Of a stretch of DNA of 64,000 nt, positions 45,430 through 54,524 are shown piece by piece. The position numbers were made by a program, and so were the translations under genes. Under the pieces are notes generated by a model, which saw only the letters and a program-made list of their open reading frames with translations, was not told the DNA's origin and did no database searches. Source of the DNA: an uncultured Alphaproteobacteria bacterium (GTDB lineage Bacteria; Pseudomonadota; Alphaproteobacteria; Rhizobiales; Xanthobacteraceae); contig CAWJTE010000002.1 in the NCBI GenBank assembly GCA_963845775.1, forward strand, positions 81,808 to 145,807. Direction: 5' to 3'. Positions within the stretch are counted from its first letter, which is position 1. Each line of letters opens with the position of its first letter.

Positions 45430-46650
45430 ATGTCGCAACGCCAAACCGACAGGCGCGCCTTGATCGTTGGCGGCTCGATGAGTGGCCTCCTGGCCGCCAT
45501 CATGCTGCAACGGCGCGGCTGGGTGGTCGACGTATTCGAGCGCGTCGAGAGCGAACTCGCAGGCCGTGGCGCCGGGATCGTAGCGCAAGGCGAATTGATC
45601 GCCCGGCTGACCGCGCTCGGCCTGGACGTGCGCGACCTTGGCGTTGAAATCAGCACGCGCCGACTGCTCGACCGCGCCGGTGGCCTGACGGATACCCTTG
45701 CATGTCCTCAGGTGCTGACCGCCTGGGAAAGGGTCTATCGGGTTCTGCGCGATGCGTTTCCGGGCGACCGCTATCACCGCGGCCACGCACTGACCGCTTT
45801 CAAGCAAAACGCAAACGGCGTCGCCGCCTATTTCAGCAACGGCAGCACCGCGCACGGCGATGTGCTGATCGGCGCCGACGGCTTGCGCTCAACGGTCCGC
45901 CAACAATGTTCGCCGGCTGCCGTGCCGGTCTACGCGGGGTATGTGGCCTGGCGCGCGCTCATTCCGGAAGCCGCGCTGCCGACCACAATCCATCGCGAAT
46001 TGGTCGACTCCATGACTTTTTGTTTGCCGCCGGGGGAGCAGTTCCTCGGCTATCCGGTGGCCGGCCCGGATAACGATCTGCGCCGCGGCCATCGCCGCTA
46101 CAACATCGTCTGGTACCGGCCGGCGGATGAAGCGCGCGAACTCCCGTGGTTTTTGACCGACGAGAGCGGCGTCGTGCATTCGATCTCGATCCCGCCGCCA
46201 CTCATTCGCCACGAGGCGGTCGCCGGGATGCGGGACGCAGCCGAGCGGCTGCTGGCGCCGCAATTGCGCGCGATTGTGCGCTTGATCGATGAGCCGCTCC
46301 TGCAACCGATCTACGATCTGGCCAGTGCGCGGCTTGCTTTCGGCCGCGTCGCGATCATCGGCGACGCCGCTTTCGTCGCGCGCCCGCATGTGGCCGCCGG
46401 CGTATCCAAGGCCGCAGACGACGCGGCGGCGCTGACGGTGGCGCTCGATGATGGTGACGTTGAGGATTCACTGCAGCGCTACGAAGCCCACCGACTACCG
46501 GAAGGCAATCGCATTATCGAGCGTGCGCGTCATCTCGGTGCATATCTGCAGGCGACGCAAAGCGCCGAGGAGGGGCTACGTTCCGCCCGCCACGGTATCC
46601 CGCAGGCCGTGCTTGCCGAAACGGCGCGGATCGATTTCTTGTCTAGCTGA
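45430..46650 (+). CDS. FAD-dependent aromatic-ring monooxygenase family protein
   Basis: RALIVGGSMSGLLAAIMLQRRGWVVDVFER, then GADGLRSTVR and IGDAAFVARPHVAAGVSKAADDA. Confidence 0.85.
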   Translation: MSQRQTDRRALIVGGSMSGLLAAIMLQRRGWVVDVFERVESELAGRGAGIVAQGELIARLTALGLDVRDLGVEISTRRLLDRAGGLTDTLACPQVLTAWERVYRVLRDAFPGDRYHRGHALTAFKQNANGVAAYFSNGSTAHGDVLIGADGLRSTVRQQCSPAAVPVYAGYVAWRALIPEAALPTTIHRELVDSMTFCLPPGEQFLGYPVAGPDNDLRRGHRRYNIVWYRPADEARELPWFLTDESGVVHSISIPPPLIRHEAVAGMRDAAERLLAPQLRAIVRLIDEPLLQPIYDLASARLAFGRVAIIGDAAFVARPHVAAGVSKAADDAAALTVALDDGDVEDSLQRYEAHRLPEGNRIIERARHLGAYLQATQSAEEGLRSARHGIPQAVLAETARIDFLSS

Positions 46651-46678
46651 CCGGACCGGACCGGACTGGACCGGACGG
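46649..46678. repeat. Pentanucleotide microsatellite (GACCG)n
   Basis: GACCG GACCG GACCG GACTG GACCG GACGG. It starts inside the stop codon of the preceding gene, between convergent genes. Confidence 0.85.
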
Positions 46679-46694
46679 GCGGACGGCGCGGCAA

Positions 46695-47354
46695 TTATGT
46701 CGTCATTTCGTCACGGAAGCTTGCGGCGGCCGGGCTCCCGGCAAGCAGCTTGGGATAGAACTTCTTGAAGTCGGCGACGATAGTCTCGAACGGTACGTCC
46801 TCGAACGCGCCGCGGTCGTTGAGATATTCCATGTGCTGGCGTCCGGCCTGATCGAAGGGGTGGAACAGGCTGTCGTTCTCGCCGTCGAAATCGAGCGGCT
46901 TGATCTTTGCGCGCTCGCACAAAGCGGCATCGAAAGCCGGCGTGCACTTCACCCACTTTCCGTCGACATAAAGCTCCGTATAGGAGTGCCAATAAAACGT
47001 ATTGCCCATTTGCTCCTGCAGCCGCTTCGAGGTGAGATGGTTGCGCACGTCGGCGTAGCCCGGCCGCGCGGGGACGCCGACGGCGCGCGCCGCGGCTGCC
47101 AGCAACGCCGATTTCCCGACACAGAACCCTTTGCCGGCGGCAAGCACGTCGCTGGCGCGGAACGTGGCCGGATCCAAAAAATTGCGGTACGGATCGTATT
47201 GAATCCGGTCGCGCACAGCGTCATAAAGCGCGATCGTCTTTTTCTTGATTGTTTGCGCGTTGCCAGCCGCCTTGCGGGCAAAATCTTGGATCGCCGGATC
47301 GTCGCTATCGACGAATGAGGTGGAACTGAGAAAATCGGTTTCGTTCATCGCCAT
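46695..47354 (-). CDS. Transglutaminase-like cysteine protease-fold protein
   Basis: Has GKGFCVGKSALL (Cys), HSYTELY (His) and a downstream Asp. The start at MAMNETDF avoids overlap with the upstream SDR gene. Confidence 0.75.
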   Translation of the reverse strand: MAMNETDFLSSTSFVDSDDPAIQDFARKAAGNAQTIKKKTIALYDAVRDRIQYDPYRNFLDPATFRASDVLAAGKGFCVGKSALLAAAARAVGVPARPGYADVRNHLTSKRLQEQMGNTFYWHSYTELYVDGKWVKCTPAFDAALCERAKIKPLDFDGENDSLFHPFDQAGRQHMEYLNDRGAFEDVPFETIVADFKKFYPKLLAGSPAAASFRDEMTT

Positions 47355-47404
47355 TAATTGCCCATCCGGAAGGGGTTGCGTCAAGCGTCGCGCGGGCGCA
47401 GCGC

Positions 47405-48148
47405 TCACACGTGCTGACCGCCGTTGATGTGGATCTCGGCGCCGTTGACGTAGGAAGCGGTGTCCGTGCACAGCACGTAGATAATCTTGGCTACCTCGTC
47501 GGGCGTGCCGAGCCGGTGCATCGGAATATTTTCGACGATCTTCTCCGTTCCCGGCGACAGCATCGCGGTGTCGATCTCGCCAGGCGCGATGGCGTTGACG
47601 CGGACGCCGCGCGAGCCGAAGTCGGCCGCCATTTCACGCGTCAGCGCGGCAAGCGCCGCCTTCGACGTTGAATAGGCCGTGCCGGCGAAGGGATGCACGC
47701 GCGAGCCGGCAATCGACGTGACGTTCACGACCGAACCTTTGGCGGCGCCCAGCTCATCGAGCAAGCCGCGCGCGAGCATGATCGGCGCGAAGAAATTCAC
47801 CTGGAAAATGTGATGCCAGTCATCGCGCGAGGTTTCGATGGAGCCGAGCCGCTTGCCGCCGGCGGTCTTGGGCGATATCGCGGCATTGTTGACCAGCGCA
47901 TGCAGTTCGCCGTGCAGTCGGCGCTTGATTTCGGCGATTGCCTGCTCGGTGTTTTCAGCATTGGCGAGATCAACCTGGATGTGGTCCTCCGGTCCCGCTT
48001 CCCACGGGCAGTTTTCCGGGAACGGATGCCGCGAGCAGGTGATGACGCGCCAGCCGGCGGCGGAGAAACGTTTCACCGTCGCATGACCGATGCCGCGGCT
48101 TGCCCCGGTGAGGAGCAGCGCGCGGCGCGGCTGGTTGCTCAGAGACAT
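47405..48148 (-). CDS. SDR-family oxidoreductase
   Basis: TGASRGIGHA and the catalytic YSTSKAAL. Confidence 0.88.
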   Translation of the reverse strand: MSLSNQPRRALLLTGASRGIGHATVKRFSAAGWRVITCSRHPFPENCPWEAGPEDHIQVDLANAENTEQAIAEIKRRLHGELHALVNNAAISPKTAGGKRLGSIETSRDDWHHIFQVNFFAPIMLARGLLDELGAAKGSVVNVTSIAGSRVHPFAGTAYSTSKAALAALTREMAADFGSRGVRVNAIAPGEIDTAMLSPGTEKIVENIPMHRLGTPDEVAKIIYVLCTDTASYVNGAEIHINGGQHV

Positions 48149-48170
48149 TTTGTTTCTTTCCGCATGACGC

Positions 48171-48812
48171 TCATGGATACAGCCGTGTTTTGCTCCAGGG
48201 CGCGGTTGGATCGGAACGACGGAACGCGATGCGGTCGTGCAGCCGGAACGGCCGTTCCTGCCAGAATTCTATCTCCCGCGGCCGCACGCGATAACCCGAC
48301 CAGTTCGGCGGCCGCGGCACGGCGCCGATGTTGAATTTCGCGGTGTAGTGGGCGACCGCCTTTTCGAAGGCAAGCCGGCTTTCCAAAGCCTCGGACTGCT
48401 TGCTCGCCCAGGCACCGATCTGCGCCATGCGGGAGCGGCTCGCGAAATACGCGTCGGCTTCCTGCGCCGACACCGGCTCGACGTCGCCGCGCACGCGCAC
48501 CTGGCGTTGCAGCGACTTCCAATAGAATGTCAGCGCCGCTTTCGCGGCGTCGGCCAGTTCACGACCCTTCACGCTGTCGAGGTTTGTGTAGAAGACGAAA
48601 CCGCGTTGATCGAGGCTCTTCAACAAAACCATGCGCGCATTGGGCAGGCCGTCGGCATCGATGGTGGCGAGCGCCATGGCGTCTGGATTGACCGGCTCGG
48701 CGCGCTTGGCTTCGTCAAACCACGCCGCGAACAGCCGCAGCGGCTCGTCGGCTTCGGTGAAGTCACCGCCTGTTAACCATACCGGGTGTTCTATCGGCGC
48801 TGCGTCGGACAT
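48171..48812 (-). CDS. pdxH: Pyridoxamine 5'-phosphate oxidase
   Basis: The C-terminus [19 protein letters not shown], at 213 aa, is a typical PdxH. Confidence 0.9.
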   Translation of the reverse strand: MSDAAPIEHPVWLTGGDFTEADEPLRLFAAWFDEAKRAEPVNPDAMALATIDADGLPNARMVLLKSLDQRGFVFYTNLDSVKGRELADAAKAALTFYWKSLQRQVRVRGDVEPVSAQEADAYFASRSRMAQIGAWASKQSEALESRLAFEKAVAHYTAKFNIGAVPRPPNWSGYRVRPREIEFWQERPFRLHDRIAFRRSDPTAPWSKTRLYP

Positions 48813-48828
48813 TCAGTGAGGGTCCCTG

Positions 48829-49347
48829 GTGGTCGCGTGCGGAGATCGGGAAATCGGCCACCGGTCTCTATATAATGGAACCGGAGCGCCGCGCCTATGT
48901 TGCCCGCTGCATCGGCTCGTCGCCGTGGCAGCCGCGTTGGCCGCATTTTCCGCCGGTGGCTGCGCCTACCGCCTCAATTCGATGTTCTCCAAAAACACTA
49001 CCGACGTTGAGCAGACCGGCTCGATTGGCAGGACCGGCCAAGAGTCGGGCGAAGCCAATTCCGCAGCGCTGGCGGAAGTCGATCTCGCTTACGCTCGCGC
49101 CACGGCCGCCGAAGCCCTGTCCCGCGGCGGCCGGGACCTGAGCGTCCCGTGGGAAAATCCGCGTACCGGTGCCAGCGGCAACATTACGCCGTTGGCTGCG
49201 TCCTACATCGAAGGCAGCCTGACCTGCCGCGATTTCCTGGCGAGCTATGTGCGCGGGCAAACGCAATCCTGGCTGCAAGGCGAAGCCTGCCGCGCCGACC
49301 ACGGGCATTGGGAAGTCAAAAGCCTAAAACCCCTCAAGCAAGGCTGA
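48829..49347 (+). CDS. Small surface lipoprotein-like protein (RT0821/Lpp0805-family-like); start uncertain
   Basis: Lipobox-like LAAFSAGGC and a C-terminal SLTCRDF...QGEACR...W pattern. A better signal peptide (MLPAAS-RLVAVAAALAAFSAGGC) would need a 1-nt correction near 48910. Confidence 0.6.
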   Translation: MVACGDREIGHRSLYNGTGAPRLCCPLHRLVAVAAALAAFSAGGCAYRLNSMFSKNTTDVEQTGSIGRTGQESGEANSAALAEVDLAYARATAAEALSRGGRDLSVPWENPRTGASGNITPLAASYIEGSLTCRDFLASYVRGQTQSWLQGEACRADHGHWEVKSLKPLKQG

Positions 49348-49453
49348 CTTCCGCCATCGGCCTGCGTCGCATTGCGGGGCGGCTGCAAAAGTCCCACATT
49401 GATGTGCACGGGCGGGCGGGGCCGGCCCCAAACGAAATCGGAGTCGATCGGGG

Positions 49454-50455
49454 ATGCGTGATCCCTATGAGGTGTTGGGCGTCGACCGCAAGGCGAATGC
49501 AAACGACATCAAAAGCGCGTTCCGGCGCCTGGCGAAAAAACTGCATCCCGACGCCAACAAAAACGATCCGAAGGCGGCGTCGCGCTTTGCTGAAATCAAT
49601 GCGGCTTACGAGATCCTTGGTGAGGACGACAAGCGCAAGGCATTCGACCGCGGCGAGATCGACGCCGAAGGCAAGCCGCGCTTCCGCGGCTTCGAAGGTT
49701 TTGGCGGCGACGCGGGCGCTGGCGCCCGCTCCGGCGCCGGCTTCGGCCCCGATGCGGAATTCGAAACTTTCAGCTTTGGTCCGGAAGGCTTTACCCGCAG
49801 TGGCCGACGCGGCCGCGCCGGCGCGGGTGCCGGCGGCGGCTTTGAGGACATTCTGCGCGAGGCTTTCGGCGGCATGGGCGGGGCGGGAGCGCGCCGCGGC
49901 GGCGCAGGGGCCGCGTTCGAGCCGGAAGATTTCGGCACCGGTGCCAATGTCACCGCGGCGCTGACGGTTTCGCTGCTCGATGCCGCGCATGGCGCCACGC
50001 AACGCTTGCGGCTTCCCTCCGGCAAAGACGTCGAAGTCAAAATTCCCGCCGGCATCCACAGCGGCCAGCAAATTCGGCTGCGCGGGCAAGGTCTGGCCGG
50101 GCAGGGTGGCGCAGGCGATTTGTTGATCACGCTGACGATCGCCTCGCATCCGGTCTTGACGCTCGACGGCGCCGACATACGGCTTGATTTGCCGGTTACG
50201 CTGTACGAAGCGGTGCTCGGCGCCAAAGTGCGGGTGCCCACACTCGACAAGCCCGTCGAACTCACCATTCCGCCCGGCACCAACAGCGGGCGCACCTTCC
50301 GCCTCAAGGGCAAAGGATTTCCCGCCAAGGAGGGGCATGGCGACCTTCTTGCCACCGTCCGCATCATGCTGCCCGAGACAAGCGACCCTGAGCTCGAAGC
50401 GCTGATGAAAAAATGGCTGACGGAAAAACCCTACGATCCGCGCAAGGATATTTAA
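49454..50455 (+). CDS. J-domain protein with DnaJ C-terminal domains (CbpA-like)
   Basis: DPYEVLGVDRKANANDIKSAFRRLAKKLHPDANKND (HPD motif), then a G/F-rich linker and DnaJ_C-like repeats. Confidence 0.85.
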   Translation: MRDPYEVLGVDRKANANDIKSAFRRLAKKLHPDANKNDPKAASRFAEINAAYEILGEDDKRKAFDRGEIDAEGKPRFRGFEGFGGDAGAGARSGAGFGPDAEFETFSFGPEGFTRSGRRGRAGAGAGGGFEDILREAFGGMGGAGARRGGAGAAFEPEDFGTGANVTAALTVSLLDAAHGATQRLRLPSGKDVEVKIPAGIHSGQQIRLRGQGLAGQGGAGDLLITLTIASHPVLTLDGADIRLDLPVTLYEAVLGAKVRVPTLDKPVELTIPPGTNSGRTFRLKGKGFPAKEGHGDLLATVRIMLPETSDPELEALMKKWLTEKPYDPRKDI

Positions 50456-50512
50456 GCTGCCAGCTTCGGGCGTCCGGTTGCATGTCGGCTGCGATCAGCG
50501 TACGCAGCGCGA

Positions 50513-51889
50513 ATGAGCCGAAGCATTTTCGCGTTCGATACGATCGCGCATCCGGGGCGGCGCGAGTGGTTTGCGATCGCGCTCGTCGGCGGCCTCACAT
50601 TGCTGTTTCTTCCGATGGTGGTGTGGAAGGTCGTTGGCCTGGGCCAAGGCGATACGCAAGTCTTTTTTCGCGCCGGCTGGGCGGTCTGGACCGGTTATCC
50701 GCTTTACCAGATCACCGATCATCACGGTTGGACTTACCACTATCCGCCGACATTCGCGCTGTTCATGGGTCCGTTCGCCAACCCGCCTGCCGGCGAGCCG
50801 CAACCGGCATGGGCATTGCCGTTCGCAGCGGCGGTCGTGGTTTGGTATCTGATCAACGCCGCCTGCCTGATGCTCGCTTTGCATGTGTGGGCGAATTTGC
50901 TGGAGCGTTATCGCCCGGTAAAAGCACGGCCAGGATTTTTGCAGGGTGCATGGGCGTTGCGAGTCGGCCCGCTGCTCGCGCTATTGCCGTTTCTGGGGGA
51001 CGGATTGGCGCGCGGCCAGCCGACGCCGGTATTGTTGCTATTGGTCGTCCTGTTTCTTGCTCTTTACGTCGAGGGACGCGTTGCGGCCGCCGCCTTTGCC
51101 TTTGCGCTTGCCGTTACTGTCAAGTTATTTCCGCTGGTGCTTGCGATTTTGCCCTTCATGCGGCGCGACTGGAAATTCGGCGTCTGGGCGGCCGTATGGG
51201 GCGTCGTTTTGCTGATCGGGCTGCCCCTGATTTTTCTCGGGCCGGCGGCGACGCTTAATCTCTATCGGGTGATGTTCACCGCACATCTTGCCGGGATCGT
51301 CAGCGGATCGATGCCGCCGCAAATCGCGGCGCAAGTATCGCCCGGGGCCAATTCGAGCATCGGAATCGGCGCAGTCGCCGCGCGTATCGCCGCCGGGACT
51401 GCGTTTTACTCGACGCCATTGCCGCATTGGGCGTCGGCGCTTCAGCTTCTGTTCAATGCCGCCGCAGTCGTAACCGTCATCCTGCTCGGTCGCGGCGGCT
51501 TCTGGGCTTGGCGCGGCCCACAGCCTGCCGCCGGCTTCGCCCTCCTGATCGCCGCCGCGGTCCTGTTCGCGGCGACCCCGCTGATGATCTCGTTTGCCGG
51601 CCCGCAATACGTTACTTCGGCCGTGCCGCTAATCGGCGTGCTGATGATTGAGGCGTGGCGGCGTGCACACGAGGAGGTCGTCAGTGGCGTTATGATCGGC
51701 TGGTCGGTCATCGCCTGGCTGTCGATGATCGCGCTCGATATGCCGTGGAATTGGCTTAAGCTTATCGGGCCGATGACCTGGACCCTGCTGTTGCTGGCTC
51801 CGGCGAGTCTTAGCCTGATCGCGCAACTCTCCCGTGGTTACGGTGCAGTCACGGGCCAGGCCCCGGCCGCCGGTTCGCGGCTTAGTTAG
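50513..51889 (+). CDS. Polytopic membrane glycosyltransferase-like protein (DUF2029/GT87-like)
   Basis: 458 aa with about 10 or more TM segments. The family was assigned from memory of the overall pattern only. Confidence 0.55.
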   Translation: MSRSIFAFDTIAHPGRREWFAIALVGGLTLLFLPMVVWKVVGLGQGDTQVFFRAGWAVWTGYPLYQITDHHGWTYHYPPTFALFMGPFANPPAGEPQPAWALPFAAAVVVWYLINAACLMLALHVWANLLERYRPVKARPGFLQGAWALRVGPLLALLPFLGDGLARGQPTPVLLLLVVLFLALYVEGRVAAAAFAFALAVTVKLFPLVLAILPFMRRDWKFGVWAAVWGVVLLIGLPLIFLGPAATLNLYRVMFTAHLAGIVSGSMPPQIAAQVSPGANSSIGIGAVAARIAAGTAFYSTPLPHWASALQLLFNAAAVVTVILLGRGGFWAWRGPQPAAGFALLIAAAVLFAATPLMISFAGPQYVTSAVPLIGVLMIEAWRRAHEEVVSGVMIGWSVIAWLSMIALDMPWNWLKLIGPMTWTLLLLAPASLSLIAQLSRGYGAVTGQAPAAGSRLS

Positions 51890-51981
51890 CTTTTCGGCCC
51901 CGCTAAACCACGCGCTTGCTGGCTCCACCAGCCGTATGCCATAGGAGGCACGGACGCCGGATCGTCGAGCGGGGTCGGAGA

Positions 51982-52806
51982 ATGTCAGAAGTCTCGGGCC
52001 TCATGCGCGGCAAACGTGGCCTGATCATCGGGGTCGCCAACCAGCGCTCACTCGCCTGGGGCATTGCCAAATCCTGTCGCGCGCACGGCGCGGAACTCGC
52101 TTTCACCTATCAGGGTGACGCGCTGAAAAAGCGCGTCGAGCCGTTGGCGCAGGAGGTCGGCGGCATTGTCGTCGGCCATTGCGACGTTACCGAACCGGCC
52201 ACCATCGATGCGGTATTCGCCAAGGTGCAATCGGCCTGGGGGACGATCGACTTCCTCGTTCACGCTATCGCCTTTTCGGACCGGGCTCAGCTCGACGGGC
52301 GCTACGTCGATACAACCGAAGACAATTTCACCAAGACCATGCTGGTGAGCTGCTATTCGTTCACCTCGATTGCGCAACGCGCCGAGAAGCTGATGCCGAA
52401 TGGCGGTTCCATGCTCACGCTGACCTATTACGGCGCAGAGAAATGGATGCCGCACTATAACGTCATGGGAGTTGCCAAGGCCGCGCTCGAGGCGTCGGTG
52501 TGGTACCTCGCGGCCGATCTCGGCGTGAAGAACATTCGCGTCAACGCCATCTCCTCCGGGCCTATCAAGACTTTAGCCGCCGCCGGCATCGCGGACCTGC
52601 GCTATATCTTCAAGTGGAACGAGTACAACGCGCCGCTACGGCGTAACGTGACAATTGAGGACGTTGGCGAAGCGGCGGCCTATCTGCTCTCCGACATGTC
52701 GCGTGGCGTCACCGGCGAGGTGCATCACGTCGATGCCGGCTACCACATCGTCGGAATGAAGCATCCGGACGCGCCGGATCTGGGCGTCAATAACAGAGAG
52801 CCCTAG
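51982..52806 (+). CDS. fabI: Enoyl-ACP reductase FabI
   Basis: GKRGLIIGVANQRSLAWGIAK...YNVMGVAKAALE (Y-x6-K). Confidence 0.92.
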   Translation: MSEVSGLMRGKRGLIIGVANQRSLAWGIAKSCRAHGAELAFTYQGDALKKRVEPLAQEVGGIVVGHCDVTEPATIDAVFAKVQSAWGTIDFLVHAIAFSDRAQLDGRYVDTTEDNFTKTMLVSCYSFTSIAQRAEKLMPNGGSMLTLTYYGAEKWMPHYNVMGVAKAALEASVWYLAADLGVKNIRVNAISSGPIKTLAAAGIADLRYIFKWNEYNAPLRRNVTIEDVGEAAAYLLSDMSRGVTGEVHHVDAGYHIVGMKHPDAPDLGVNNREP

Positions 52807-52969
52807 GCCAACCGCTGCTGCCATTCGAATTTCAGATTTTCAACGTGACCCTTAAAAGCAGCAGCGGCCGGACTTGCGCCCAGCCGCTGTTACGAAACAC
52901 CGCTCAAGGCGCCTCGCGAAATCCAAAGAAGTTGACGGCGCGGCCTCGATGCGAGGCGCGCGAACGTCC

Positions 52970-53011
52970 TTACTTCTTCATCTTCTTCTTTTTCTTCGGC
53001 TTGCTGGCCAT
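52970..53011 (-). CDS. Candidate 13-codon polylysine mini-ORF (MASKPKKKKKMKK)
   Basis: ATG at 53011-53009, with AAGGAAG 6 nt upstream and TAA at 52972-52970. About 80 nt downstream is a hairpin, CAGCGGCTGGG/CCGGCCGCTG (52861-52890 region), followed by CTGCTTTT on the - strand. Confidence 0.35.
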   Translation of the reverse strand: MASKPKKKKKMKK

Positions 53012-53176
53012 GGGTTACTTCCTTCTAAGCGTGATGAGTGAACGGCAGGGATGAGTTCAAGCTTCGCGGGCGTGTCTCGGTCCCTTTGCCCTCGCCCCCT
53101 TACCGCCTGCAAACATGCCATAGCGGGAGTTCCGCTGCAATATAAATGCGGCAAATAATCCTGATTTTTCCGTAGC

Positions 53177-53212
53177 TTAATGGTTATTCAGCTTTTCATT
53201 AATTGGTATTCA
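53177..53212. repeat. Two 14-nt direct repeats, 22 nt apart, in an AT-rich divergent promoter region
   Basis: TTAATGGTTATTCA (53177-53190) and TTAATTGGTATTCA (53199-53212), matching at 12 of 14 positions. Confidence 0.7.
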
Positions 53213-53392
53213 CCGACATGAATGCCGCATGAACACCACTAGAAATCAGCCGCCAAACGGGTGCGCAATGGGGCTGGCTGTGTTAGCCGCGGCGATTTGA
53301 CCCGCTGGACCCTGCGGGCTACCTAACCCCCGCGTCTTACTCAAAGAAATCGGCGTCAGCGCGCGCCGCTGAGCGCGCCAAATTTTTCAACG

Positions 53393-54524
53393 ATGTCGTT
53401 CAATACGTTCGGGCATTCCTTCCGCGTGACGACCTTCGGCGAAAGCCACGGAGCTGCGATCGGCTGCGTGGTCGATGGTTGTCCGCCGCGCATCGCGCTG
53501 ACCGAGGCCGACATACAGCCCTATCTGGACCGGCGGCGGCCCGGCCAGTCGCGCTTCACCACCCAGCGCCAGGAGCCGGACGCGGTCAAAATCCTTTCGG
53601 GTGTGTTTGCGGACGAAGCCAGCGGCCAGCAGGTTACGACTGGCACGCCGATTGCGCTCGTGATCGAGAATGTCGACCAGCGCATCAAGGATTACGCCGA
53701 CATCAAAGACAAATATCGACCAGGCCACGCCGACTATGCCTACGACGTCAAGTACGGGCTACGCGATTATCGCGGTGGCGGTCGCCAATCCGCTCGTGAA
53801 ACGGCGATGCGGGTCGCCGCCGGTGCGATCGCGCGCAAGATCGTGCCCGGCATGCAGGTGCGTGGCGCTTTGGTGCAGATCGGTAAACAACCGCATCGAC
53901 CGCACGCGCTGGGATTGGGCGGAGGTCGAGCGCAATGCGTTCTTTTGTCCCGACGCACAGGCCGCGTCCCGCTTCGGCGATTACCTTGAAGGCCTGCGCA
54001 AGCGCGGCTCTTCGATCGGAGCGGTAATCGAAATTGTGGCCGAAGGTGTGCCACCGGGGCTCGGCGCGCCGATCTATGGCAAGCTCGACGCCGACCTCGC
54101 CGCGGCGCTGATGAGTATCAACGCCGTCAAGGGCGTGGAGATCGGCGCTGGCTTCGCCGCTGCCGAGCTTACCGGCGAGGAGAATGGCGACGAGATGCGG
54201 ATGGGGAACGAAGGCAAGCCAATTTTTCTGTCGAATAATGCCGGCGGCATTCTTGGCGGCATCTCCACCGGCCAGCCGCTGGTGGCGCGTTTCGCGGTCA
54301 AGCCGACCTCATCGATCCTCACGCCGCGGCGCACGGTCGACCGCTACGGCAGGGAGACCGAGATCAGCACGACCGGGCGTCACGATCCCTGCGTCGGTAT
54401 TCGCGCGGTGCCGGTCGGTGAGGCGATGATGGCGTGCGTGGTTGCCGATCACTATCTGCGTCATCGCGGCCAAGTCGGCGACGCGCCGGCATGGCCGTTC
54501 CCGCAGCCGCGCGGTAAAACATGA
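53393..54524 (+). pseudogene. aroC: Chorismate synthase, frameshifted as assembled (+1 in an A-run)
   Basis: [32 protein letters not shown]...RGALVQIG reads in one frame. [23 protein letters not shown]...[18 protein letters not shown] reads in the next. The join is at GGT-AAA-C (53882-53888), where one A is surplus. Confidence 0.85.
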
